Below, piece by piece: positions 16,817 through 24,344 of a stretch of DNA of 29,322 nucleotides (positions within the stretch are counted from its first letter, which is position 1; every line of letters starts with the position of its first letter). This DNA is from a virus, in the IMG/VR virus record IMGVR_UViG_3300029814_000010, positions 1-29,322 of that record. One strand, given 5' to 3'. The translations under genes and the position numbers were made by a program. Under the pieces are notes generated by a model. It was not told the DNA's origin. It saw only the letters and a program-made list of their open reading frames with translations, and did no database searches.

Positions 16817-16834
16817 GCGCTCTCCTTTCTTAAA

Positions 16835-17386
16835 TTAGAAATTAGTGATTTTGGCTTTGTCAAACTTGTCTTTTCCACGATGAGAACGCCCTTCCTCTCC
16901 GCCACTAGTGCGAGGTGGGAGAGCTTTTGCTTCTTCTCGTTTCTGCAAGTTTAAGATGTTAGCCATGTTTGAAACAGCTAACCTGGTAGCTTCTTCGTCG
17001 CCTTTTACAACGAAAGCAAGCGTCGACTCATTAACAGGAACGCCTTGAGCTTCGAGCTCTTTAATAGCGACATCCTGCATTTGACGTTGAGCGATTTGAG
17101 CTTGAAGTGCTGCAATTGTGCTCTGGGCTTCTTCGAATTCTTTATCCCGCTGTTTCTGTTGCAGCTCTTGAAGTTCTTCTTCGCTCATTTTAGCTTTAGC
17201 AACGGCTTCTTCGATTTGAGATTGAATACCGGTTTGCATATCAGCAATTTCAAGAGTATGTTTTTCTTCCATCTGCTTGAGTCTACGCTGCATTTCAGCA
17301 ACAGACACCATTTTCTCCTCTTTTTCTGGTTGGCTAGCTTCAACCTCTTGAGGATTCTCAACTGTTTCAAGTTCTTTTTCTGCCAT
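16835..17386 (-). CDS. Scaffolding protein
   Basis: 183 aa, very acidic and coiled-coil (EEKMVSVAEMQRRLKQMEEK...), between the minor head and capsid genes. Confidence 0.8.
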   Translation of the reverse strand: MAEKELETVENPQEVEASQPEKEEKMVSVAEMQRRLKQMEEKHTLEIADMQTGIQSQIEEAVAKAKMSEEELQELQQKQRDKEFEEAQSTIAALQAQIAQRQMQDVAIKELEAQGVPVNESTLAFVVKGDEEATRLAVSNMANILNLQKREEAKALPPRTSGGEEGRSHRGKDKFDKAKITNF

Positions 17387-17474
17387 GATAGGCTCCTTTC
17401 TTTACGCTTTAACGTCCAACCTCGACGAACTCATGCAGCTTTTAATGTCCTCAGCACGGTCTGGACAAGGGGGG

Positions 17475-18431
17475 TTATTCACCCCAAACGCCGTTAACAG
17501 CTTCTTCATCAAGAGTGCTGCCACCAGCTTTATATTCCATTTTGATGTGCCCATACGCTGAACATCGACAGTTGGGGTGCATTGGGTACATGTTAACCCC
17601 TTTTTCTGCCTTATTAATCGGTATGGCTTTCTTATCTAAAGGTTTACAGATATCGCAAGCCCCGCTTTCTGCTACATAGATTAAATGTGTGAAGTTATTT
17701 TCTTTTAACATCATCAACTCTGTATCAGCATTAATGCGAGCTATTTCGGTCTTGAGTAGCCGTTGGGCATTGGACTGGCTTGTGTTATATTTCTTAGCTA
17801 ATCGCTGCCGTTCCTGCTTAAAACCGTCCATGTCGGTGAAGATACGTGCTAACGAGCTAAACACATCCTTCTGCATATTTGCTTGAAGGCCGTTTCTGCC
17901 CCAGACTCTACGGCTAAAATTCTGCCCGTAAAAATCAGCGTCTAAAATCGCTCTCATGCGACTTACTGCATTGATGGCAGAATTCCCCAAGATGCCCGCT
18001 TGACGCTTAAACTCAGCTAAGTATTCACTCTCACGTGCCTCATCAAAGACTTCGTTAACGTCTGATATAAGACTAGCTATTTCAAGCCTTAATTCTGCTT
18101 TGAGCAGCTCCAAGCGACTGACTTTCATTTTGAGGTTAAACAGTCTTAACCATTGGTTAGTTCCGTGTGAGAAATCTTTCTCAACTACCGCCTTCCTAGC
18201 TCGGTCCTTGTACTCAGTGACATCAAACTCACTAGCTCGCTTCATAGCTTCGGCACGACTCAGTCCCTCTTTGTCGGCATATCGCATGTAAAAACCGTTT
18301 ATTTGGCTTTGCATACGATTATAAGACGTTTGATAGAGCTCTTTTAAGACTTTGTCCCGTTCTATGTCACGCTTGATTAGGTCTGATTGTGCTTTTCGTT
18401 CAGCATTGTAGCGTTCATTATTCGTCATCAT
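17475..18431 (-). CDS. Minor head / head morphogenesis protein (SPP1 gp7 / Mu F-like)
   Basis: 318 aa after the portal, with the C-terminal CDICKPL...MYPMHPNCRCS motif typical of the family. Confidence 0.85.
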   Translation of the reverse strand: MMTNNERYNAERKAQSDLIKRDIERDKVLKELYQTSYNRMQSQINGFYMRYADKEGLSRAEAMKRASEFDVTEYKDRARKAVVEKDFSHGTNQWLRLFNLKMKVSRLELLKAELRLEIASLISDVNEVFDEARESEYLAEFKRQAGILGNSAINAVSRMRAILDADFYGQNFSRRVWGRNGLQANMQKDVFSSLARIFTDMDGFKQERQRLAKKYNTSQSNAQRLLKTEIARINADTELMMLKENNFTHLIYVAESGACDICKPLDKKAIPINKAEKGVNMYPMHPNCRCSAYGHIKMEYKAGGSTLDEEAVNGVWGE

Positions 18432-19917
18432 CCTCAGTACCTACAATCTGACTAACTTCTAAATCAGTAGCGCCACCCTCTTTGAGCAAACGGCTCTTCT
18501 CTTTGCGTGCATCGGTGAAGCTAGCTGATTCCATAAGTGTTTCTTGTGAGATTTCCATGCCAGAATTGATAGCTGATTGAATCTCAGCCCATACGTCTGT
18601 CGGTAAGTTCTCATGGAACGTGAATGTCAACATGTCAGCATCCACCGGTTCGATACCCTTGAGATTGTTAGACAGTAGCTCAAGCAATTTATAGCGTCGT
18701 CTGAGCGCCTTAACGAAGAACCCACGCTTTACGGCTGTAACTTGTTGCAAGTCAACCAGCTTATAGCGGATAGCAATCCCAGACGTAGCTGAAAATGTTG
18801 AGTCGTCCTGCAAATTAGGCAACCCGACAATGCGGAAGAAGTCTTTAATCAGACGTGACTTGTACGCTTCGACACCGCTCACATCGTATTGCTTGTAGAT
18901 ATAGCCGGCGTCTAGCGGCGTTTGTTGTCCGTTGTGTCCGACACCATTTTCAAGCACTAACACGTTAGCTTGTTTCATTTTCATAACGTCAGACGCATTC
19001 ATCCCTGTACTTTCAACATCTCCCTTGATAACAAGCATGGCATCATTAAGGTCTGACATATAGTTAGCCGTGTCAGATTCCGCTGCATCGTAAGCGTCAA
19101 TGATTGGAATACCTTTCTCCCAATCTCCAGAACGCTCACGGTTATTCTGCCACTCCACCACTGGCACCATTCCGAACGGGTTTTCTTTGCGTTCGATTTC
19201 CTGCCAGTTTGGATCATAACCAACAATCTTGCTATCTGTGTAGACTGTGACAAACATCTCACCGTCATACACTGGGCAATGGACGGCCGCAACGATATCC
19301 TTTCGGACGTCTGCGCTACGAATAGTGAACATTTCCCTTGCGTCAATCAAGACTACTGCGGGATTGCCAAACTCGTCATAGTAGTGCAGCTCAAACGCTC
19401 GCCCAAATCGTGAAGCGTCATAGACTAATTCACGGTTAAGGGCTTCAATGTCGTTGTAAGCATTAAAATCGTCAATAGCCGTCAAGTCGCTGTTGGTGTC
19501 AGCGGCACCGATTGAAATAGGCTGCCCCACTGTGTACCCAGTAAAGAAACGGCTAGCTTGTCCGCCCAGGTCATGCCTAATGCGATAGTCAGCCTTCTCT
19601 GGTTCCAATCGCTTACGCCCATTTAGAATAGTGTAGTTATTCCCGTTTGAGTAGCTCTCTAGGATATTCAAGCGGTCTATCTGTTCGTCTTGGAACTGAG
19701 CTACCATCTTCTCTAACTTCTCACGCCCTTGGAACGTGTCCACAAGGTCGTCTGCTGACTGAGCCATGAAGTGAGTATTAGCTTCTTTTGGGAAATGTAG
19801 AAAATCTTCACGTTTCTGTAAGCTAGTCGGCTCCATATCTCGCTCGAATTGGTATGATCTAGGAATGTACTGTCCTTCATGCAAAATATCGTCAGCACTA
19901 TGTGTTGTGTTCGTCAT
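18418..19917 (-). CDS. Portal protein (SPP1 gp6-like)
   Basis: 499 aa immediately after TerL, with SD GGAGA and an acidic C-terminus. Confidence 0.9.
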   Translation of the reverse strand: MTNTTHSADDILHEGQYIPRSYQFERDMEPTSLQKREDFLHFPKEANTHFMAQSADDLVDTFQGREKLEKMVAQFQDEQIDRLNILESYSNGNNYTILNGRKRLEPEKADYRIRHDLGGQASRFFTGYTVGQPISIGAADTNSDLTAIDDFNAYNDIEALNRELVYDASRFGRAFELHYYDEFGNPAVVLIDAREMFTIRSADVRKDIVAAVHCPVYDGEMFVTVYTDSKIVGYDPNWQEIERKENPFGMVPVVEWQNNRERSGDWEKGIPIIDAYDAAESDTANYMSDLNDAMLVIKGDVESTGMNASDVMKMKQANVLVLENGVGHNGQQTPLDAGYIYKQYDVSGVEAYKSRLIKDFFRIVGLPNLQDDSTFSATSGIAIRYKLVDLQQVTAVKRGFFVKALRRRYKLLELLSNNLKGIEPVDADMLTFTFHENLPTDVWAEIQSAINSGMEISQETLMESASFTDARKEKSRLLKEGGATDLEVSQIVGTEDDDE

Positions 19918-19918
19918 T

Positions 19919-21199
19919 CTATCTCCTTAACAATTTGTTAACCCGTCTAATCTTAGCGTCTACGTCCTGTCTATCCTTGACGAAGATAAGATTTTGCAGT
20001 GCGTACCTAATAGCGTCGATACAGTGGTTATAGCTATCACACGGCTTGTTGATGTACTCGTTTGTATGTTTATCTTTCTGCCATGTATAGTTCTCAAGCT
20101 CCTCAATCGTCTTGACACATCTTTCATCGACAATGATGTCGAACTGCTGCAAGAACTGAATCCCTTGTAATACCGAACCTTTACCCTTATCTACTGGAAT
20201 AGCCCGACGCAAGCCTAATGTTTGCAGTTCAGCAATAGACTTCTGCTCCGCTGAGTCAGCCATAATCACCTCTTTTGAATAGCCAAGACTAGTTATAGCT
20301 TCTGCTATCTGGTTGTTAAGCAGCCCCTTCTTGACGTATTCCTCTAGGATGTATAGCCGCTTGTTTTCTCTGTCTATTTTGACGTGCATGAAAGCCGTCG
20401 GGTCGTTAGTAAATCCAAAATCAAGACCAAACAAGGACGGCAACTGTTTAAGCTCGTCCTTGTTAAGTAATCTCTTTTCGTATTTTGGAAAAACTAGTTT
20501 GTCGAGTGTCGCAAACTCACCTAAAGCATAGATTTTGTAATAGGCTTCGTTTCGATTTGCTAACTCCTCGATATTCTCCTTGGTCAAGTCGTCCAGGAAT
20601 CGATTATCTTTATACGTTGTTTGGTAAACCACTGTATTCTTAGGGTTCTTCACAAAGAACGCATTATATACCCAGTTAGCTTTAGACACGGGGTTAAACA
20701 TCAAATAGATTTGTTTCTGCTTGTGCGCTTTATCCCTCAAGCGAAGCGTCAGCTGCGTGTAATCATCGAGCGTAAATTCTGACGCTTCTTCCATAACCAC
20801 GTCAGAAATTCCTTTGATAGACTTGATTTTCTCTGGGTTATCCATCCCTTTAAAAATCAGCTCAGCGCCGTTTGGCAATTCGATTCGGAATGCGCTCATG
20901 TTAACCTTGCATAGATTAAGCACCCCGAAATAAGATAAGGCTGCTTGAACGTCCGCAAATACCGAGTCACGAACAGTAGAGCCTACTTTTCGCAATATCA
21001 ATATTTTACGGGGTTTGTCCCACTTTTTAAGAGCTTTAAGGACTATCTTCTGAAAAACCCCATGGCTCTTACCGCTTGATGCTCCGCCATAGTGTACTTC
21101 TGTGAAAGTGTCATAATCAAACAAATGCTCATAGATATGCCGATTAAACACCCTACTTGGGTTGATGTCAAGATTAATCGTCATTCCATTCACCGACAT
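19919..21199 (-). CDS. terL: Terminase large subunit (PBSX/Terminase_3-like)
   Basis: Walker A-like YGGASSGKSHG near the N-terminus. 426 aa, overlapping the TerS end. The true start may instead be the ATG at 21184. Confidence 0.95.
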   Translation of the reverse strand: MSVNGMTINLDINPSRVFNRHIYEHLFDYDTFTEVHYGGASSGKSHGVFQKIVLKALKKWDKPRKILILRKVGSTVRDSVFADVQAALSYFGVLNLCKVNMSAFRIELPNGAELIFKGMDNPEKIKSIKGISDVVMEEASEFTLDDYTQLTLRLRDKAHKQKQIYLMFNPVSKANWVYNAFFVKNPKNTVVYQTTYKDNRFLDDLTKENIEELANRNEAYYKIYALGEFATLDKLVFPKYEKRLLNKDELKQLPSLFGLDFGFTNDPTAFMHVKIDRENKRLYILEEYVKKGLLNNQIAEAITSLGYSKEVIMADSAEQKSIAELQTLGLRRAIPVDKGKGSVLQGIQFLQQFDIIVDERCVKTIEELENYTWQKDKHTNEYINKPCDSYNHCIDAIRYALQNLIFVKDRQDVDAKIRRVNKLLRR

Positions 21200-21605
21200 T
21201 AATATTGATATCTTGCGTTACATCGGCTTCGACCTTATCTGTCCACATTCTATAACGCTTACCGATATCAACTGCCGCAGCTCGACGGGTAGCGACGTTT
21301 GGTTTGGCTTGAGCAATACGCTGCATGCCTTCGCCGTCGAGAACAAGCAGGGGTTCTTCAACCTCACCACGCATTACGGATGTGAGAAATTCCATGACCT
21401 CTTGTTGATCCGCAACACGTTCTGACTTCAACTTTTCAAGTTGCTCGTCTATATAAGCCTTGATGTTAGCTTTAGCAAGCAGTCTACTTCCATTAGCCTT
21501 TGCAACATCATTGTTCTTAATATTAGGATAAGCCTTCTTATATGCTTGCGAAGCATTTAGGCTGATGATGTACTCATCGGCAAACTTCATTTGTTTCTCG
21601 GTCAT
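21174..21605 (-). CDS. terS: Terminase small subunit (P27/Terminase_4-like)
   Basis: The N-terminus MTEKQMKFADEYIISLNASQAYKKAY is the typical HTH of this family. 143 aa upstream of TerL. Confidence 0.85.
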   Translation of the reverse strand: MTEKQMKFADEYIISLNASQAYKKAYPNIKNNDVAKANGSRLLAKANIKAYIDEQLEKLKSERVADQQEVMEFLTSVMRGEVEEPLLVLDGEGMQRIAQAKPNVATRRAAAVDIGKRYRMWTDKVEADVTQDININVGEWNDD

Positions 21606-21637
21606 CCCATTTTTCCATCAACTCCTTTCCGATACTG

Positions 21638-21666
21638 AAAAAGACAACCCACAAAATGAGTTGTCT
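21638..21666 (-). terminator. Intrinsic terminator between arpU and terS
   Basis: Minus strand: AGACAACTCA-TTTTG-TGGGTTGTCT (10 bp, one G-U) followed by TTTT, ending 32 nt before the terS ATG. Confidence 0.65.
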
Positions 21667-21689
21667 CCGTTTTTCTTCGATAATATAAT
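21661..21689 (+). promoter_or_regulatory. Candidate plus-strand promoter firing antisense into arpU
   Basis: TTGTCT (21661-21666), a 17-nt spacer, then TATAAT (21684-21689) on the plus strand. Confidence 0.3.
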
Positions 21690-21746
21690 AATACCACTTT
21701 AAACACTTGTAAGATACCGTGCTTTATCCGTCAAAATACCGAAACA

Positions 21747-22163
21747 TCAACATTCTACGACTAATTGACCATTTCTGTACAATTCTGCAAATGCTAGGAT
21801 AGCATTATTTAGTAATTCTTGAAACGCTGTTCTTTCAAATCCGATTGCTTGGGCGATTTGCCAGTTTGGTTTCGTTGGGTATTCCAGATATTTCTCTATC
21901 AGTATTCTGCGATAGTCTGGACGATATAGCCCGCTAACTGCTTGCTCTATGGCTTCAAGCTCGTTCATTGCATCGACACGCCTAACTGCAATATTTTCCA
22001 CTGGTCTACTCACTCCGCTACCACCTCTGGGCATAAAAGTAAACTCTTGTGTGATCTTCTGCTCAGCTCCGTCGTGTGCAATCTCTCGCCAGCGTGGATA
22101 TTCTCGAAGTTTTCGCTTGCAACGTTTGATAGTTGCTTTTTCATCAATTTCCGGCAATAGCAT
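21747..22163 (-). CDS. arpU: ArpU-family phage late transcriptional regulator
   Basis: 138 aa in the canonical slot just upstream of terS. It has the N-terminal KRCKRKLREYPRW motif and a C-terminal HTH-like segment (NWQIAQAIGFERTAFQELLNNA). Confidence 0.8.
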   Translation of the reverse strand: MLLPEIDEKATIKRCKRKLREYPRWREIAHDGAEQKITQEFTFMPRGGSGVSRPVENIAVRRVDAMNELEAIEQAVSGLYRPDYRRILIEKYLEYPTKPNWQIAQAIGFERTAFQELLNNAILAFAELYRNGQLVVEC

Positions 22164-22209
22164 TGTTCTGCCCTCTCTGGTATAATAGTAGTGTTGACTT
22201 TCAAAGAGT

Positions 22210-22240
22210 GCCGGCCATTGTGTCGGTCTTTTTTTATTTT
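22210..22240 (+). terminator. Candidate plus-strand-specific intrinsic terminator just beyond the arpU 5' end
   Basis: GCCGGC-CATTGT-GTCGGT (6 bp including two G-U pairs, which become A-C mismatches on the other strand), followed by C, then TTTTTTTATTTTTT. Confidence 0.35.
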
Positions 22241-22508
22241 TTCCGGCTCAAGTATTAAGAGATATGAAAAGATTGAGTTTGTGAGCCTTGTTGTCGCCTC
22301 CTTCCTAGCCATCGACACCAGCAAGGCCTTTGGCTTTTATTTTGTAATGCGATATCAATAAGAAAGAGGGTGTTTCACATCCTTTTTTCTTAAAATTTGC
22401 TGGTTTTGTTTGGACAAGGTCTGTCAGCTTGTCCGGTATTGAAAAAGTGTTAAAAGTGTCCAAGCCACTAAAAATCTATATTCATTTTTTTAGTGTATTT
22501 TGACAGAC

Positions 22509-22540
22509 TAATGACTGGCAAGGGGGTCGAACCCTTGGCA
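22509..22540 (-). other. tRNA 3'-end-like motif B (T-arm plus acceptor 3' strand); not a complete tRNA
   Basis: Minus strand: AAGGG-TTCGACC-CCCTT-GCCAGTC-A. This gives a 5-bp T-stem, a 7-nt TTCRANY-type loop and a 7-nt acceptor-like tail. No D arm or anticodon arm could be found. Confidence 0.4.
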
Positions 22541-22731
22541 GCCTACGATATAGTGAAATCATTTTTTGGAGTTTTTCTCCTTCGATTTGAAATAATAAAA
22601 GAATTATGGAGATTTCTGACCTATATCTTTTGCAGGCATAGAGCCTTGAATAATCACGCCACCAGTAAGACGCTTTAGATTAGTGAACGAAATAAAAAAG
22701 GATTCCTCGATTCTAATTTCTTATTTACTGG

Positions 22732-22762
22732 TAATAGCTAGCAAGGGAGTCGAACCCTCGTA
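22732..22762 (-). other. tRNA 3'-end-like motif A (T-arm plus acceptor 3' strand); not a complete tRNA
   Basis: Minus strand: GAGGG-TTCGACT-CCCTT-GCTAGCT-A. The upstream AGCTAG can pair with the acceptor-like tail. It starts 12 nt after the stop of the 236-aa gene. Confidence 0.4.
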
Positions 22763-22773
22763 GACCGTTCTAG

Positions 22774-23484
22774 CTACACGCCTAGTGCGTAGGCTGTATA
22801 TAGGGCTTTTCTGACCGTTGCTTTATTACGACCTACCTTGCCCTTAGTTCTATATTTAAGAATGATGCGATCAACTTCATTGTCCAATCTCTCGGCCCAT
22901 TCATAGTTATTGAAGACATAATCGATAATCTCGCTGAATAGCTCTCTTGAAAGTAGTCCTTCCATTTGAATAGCTTTCAACGGTGTTAGAGCGGCTTTTT
23001 CCACATAGCAACAATTGAGGGCGCTTTGGGTGTTGTTAGCTGCTTTTTTATCACAGCCTTTAACGTATCTAATATAGTTGTTTAAATCGTTAGGGTGTTC
23101 CTTGCGTAATCCTTCCACTTCCTTCTGGAACCGTTTGAACAGTTCCTCTGGCAGTCCTGCGTTGGTTTTCTCCAACACTGGGCGCGTGGTTTTCCCTCTT
23201 GTGTAATTAGTAGACAGATAGTCTTGAAGGTCGTCGAATAATTCATCAGAAATAATGCCTTCTAACCTGTCGACAGTCGCTGGCGATATCCTCGCACGCT
23301 CAACGACTGCGCTGTTAAAGGCTTGATATATGATGCGAGCTTGTACTTCACTGCACTGTTTCACATCTTGAAAGAACTGTTTATAAGAGCCCTTTTTGTG
23401 CGTCTCTCTCAGTGCCGCATGTTCATTGACCAAGCGTTGATATAATTCCTCGGTCAATCCGGAATATTTGTATTTCACGCTCAT
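22774..23484 (-). CDS. Hypothetical 236-aa protein made of two homologous ~110-aa repeats
   Basis: Repeat 1 runs GLTEELYQRLVNEHAALRETH...LEGIISDELFDDLQDYLSTNY. Repeat 2 runs GLPEELFKRFQKEVEGLRKEH...MEGLLSRELFSEIIDYVFNNY. Confidence 0.8.
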   Translation of the reverse strand: MSVKYKYSGLTEELYQRLVNEHAALRETHKKGSYKQFFQDVKQCSEVQARIIYQAFNSAVVERARISPATVDRLEGIISDELFDDLQDYLSTNYTRGKTTRPVLEKTNAGLPEELFKRFQKEVEGLRKEHPNDLNNYIRYVKGCDKKAANNTQSALNCCYVEKAALTPLKAIQMEGLLSRELFSEIIDYVFNNYEWAERLDNEVDRIILKYRTKGKVGRNKATVRKALYTAYALGV

Positions 23485-23497
23485 GAGCTCACCTCTG

Positions 23498-23929
23498 CTA
23501 AGCCTCGACTACTGGGAAATGAATGCCCCCAATCACTAGAGAGCCTACACTGTAGTAAAATCCACCATTACCATCATCCGCCTCGCACTCTGCTAATGCT
23601 ATGGGATTTTGATTATGATAAATAGTGACTGTGTTCTTACTTTCTGATGTTCCCGAATCACTTTTATCTGTTACTTGTTCACCAATTTTAATATCGGTGA
23701 TAATAGCGTCTAGCTTGACATCTTTGAACTCCCCTCCCGCATAAGCACAACAATCACTTTCAGACATTTCAATAGTGACCCTTGTGCCATCTTCAAGTAA
23801 CAGAAAGTCTTTATCCCATTTCACGATACGCTTGTAGAGTAACAACTCTTTAAGTTCTTCCAATGAGCCATATCTTGCATTTTTCCAATCAGGCTCGTAG
23901 TAGTTTGGTGGTTTAATAATTTCTGTCAT
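23498..23929 (-). CDS. Hypothetical protein (143 aa)
   Basis: ORF with a tight 1-nt gap to the upstream gene. No family recognised. Confidence 0.75.
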   Translation of the reverse strand: MTEIIKPPNYYEPDWKNARYGSLEELKELLLYKRIVKWDKDFLLLEDGTRVTIEMSESDCCAYAGGEFKDVKLDAIITDIKIGEQVTDKSDSGTSESKNTVTIYHNQNPIALAECEADDGNGGFYYSVGSLVIGGIHFPVVEA

Positions 23930-23930
23930 C

Positions 23931-24263
23931 TTAATTTCCTCTCCCTTTCAAATAGCTAGGGATGTCATCCCCAACATTCACACTGTCGTACTGCTCTTTG
24001 CTTACCAGAAACTTACCGTAGGCCCCGCAATCGAGCGTATAGAGTTTTCCGACCATAGATTTGCCAGTAACCTTGCCATGCATCTCAGAACCAGCATTAT
24101 CTACCCGATGGATAGCTACCGTCTCTACTCTGCGTGGAACCGTCAGAACGTAGTAGACTGACAGCATGTTGATGACTAGGCTGACGACTAAGATAGCGCT
24201 TGAAACAGTCAAACTATCCGTGTACCACTTCTTAGAGGCCTTCTTCTTTAACAAATGTGCCAT
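23931..24263 (-). CDS. Hypothetical membrane-anchored protein (110 aa, single N-terminal TM helix)
   Basis: A basic N-terminus (KKKASKKW) is followed by the hydrophobic stretch LTVSSAILVVSLVINMLSVYYVL. SD GAGGGG upstream. Confidence 0.75.
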   Translation of the reverse strand: MAHLLKKKASKKWYTDSLTVSSAILVVSLVINMLSVYYVLTVPRRVETVAIHRVDNAGSEMHGKVTGKSMVGKLYTLDCGAYGKFLVSKEQYDSVNVGDDIPSYLKGRGN

Positions 24264-24266
24264 TAA

Positions 24267-24344
24267 TTAATCCCCTCTTCCAAACAGCGTGCGCAAAGCG
24301 TAAACCGCAGCTAAGACTGCCAAAATGAATTTAATCGTTTCCAT
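24267..24344 (-). CDS. Candidate 25-aa hydrophobic micropeptide (not in ORF track)
   Basis: ATG at 24344 is preceded by GAGGAGG at 6-nt spacing. The product is METIKFILAVLAAVYALRTLFGRGD. It overlaps the upstream stop and ends 3 nt before the next ATG. Confidence 0.45.
   Translation of the reverse strand: METIKFILAVLAAVYALRTLFGRGD

Noticed and set aside
21574-21618. 14-aa upstream ORF (MEKWDDRETNEVCR) overlapping the terS start, next to the strong AAAGGAG
   Set aside because: The SD-to-ATG spacing is only about 3-4 nt and the ORF is tiny. It might explain why the strong SD sits 17 nt from the terS ATG (translational coupling), but I cannot support it from sequence alone.
21942-22185. Plus-strand ORFs of 72 and 78 aa antisense to arpU
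   Set aside because: Their composition is Ser/Leu/Cys-rich with no SD. If this strand is transcribed, I consider a non-coding antisense RNA more likely.
22010-22324. 104-aa minus-strand ORF overlapping the 5' half of arpU
   Set aside because: It is out of frame with the well-supported ArpU gene over about 150 nt. The GGAAGGAGG nearby is not followed by a start codon at a usable distance. The product looks non-protein-like.
22493-22678. 61-aa plus-strand ORF in the gene-free region
   Set aside because: It has a GTG start with no SD, opposes the orientation of everything else, and spans tRNA-like motif B. It is most likely fortuitous.
22509-22762. Complete tRNA genes at the two GGTTCGA-containing hairpins
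   Set aside because: Only the T-arm and an acceptor-like 3' strand are present. I could not build a D arm, a 7-nt anticodon loop or a proper 5' acceptor strand at tRNA spacing. They are kept as tRNA-like motifs only.
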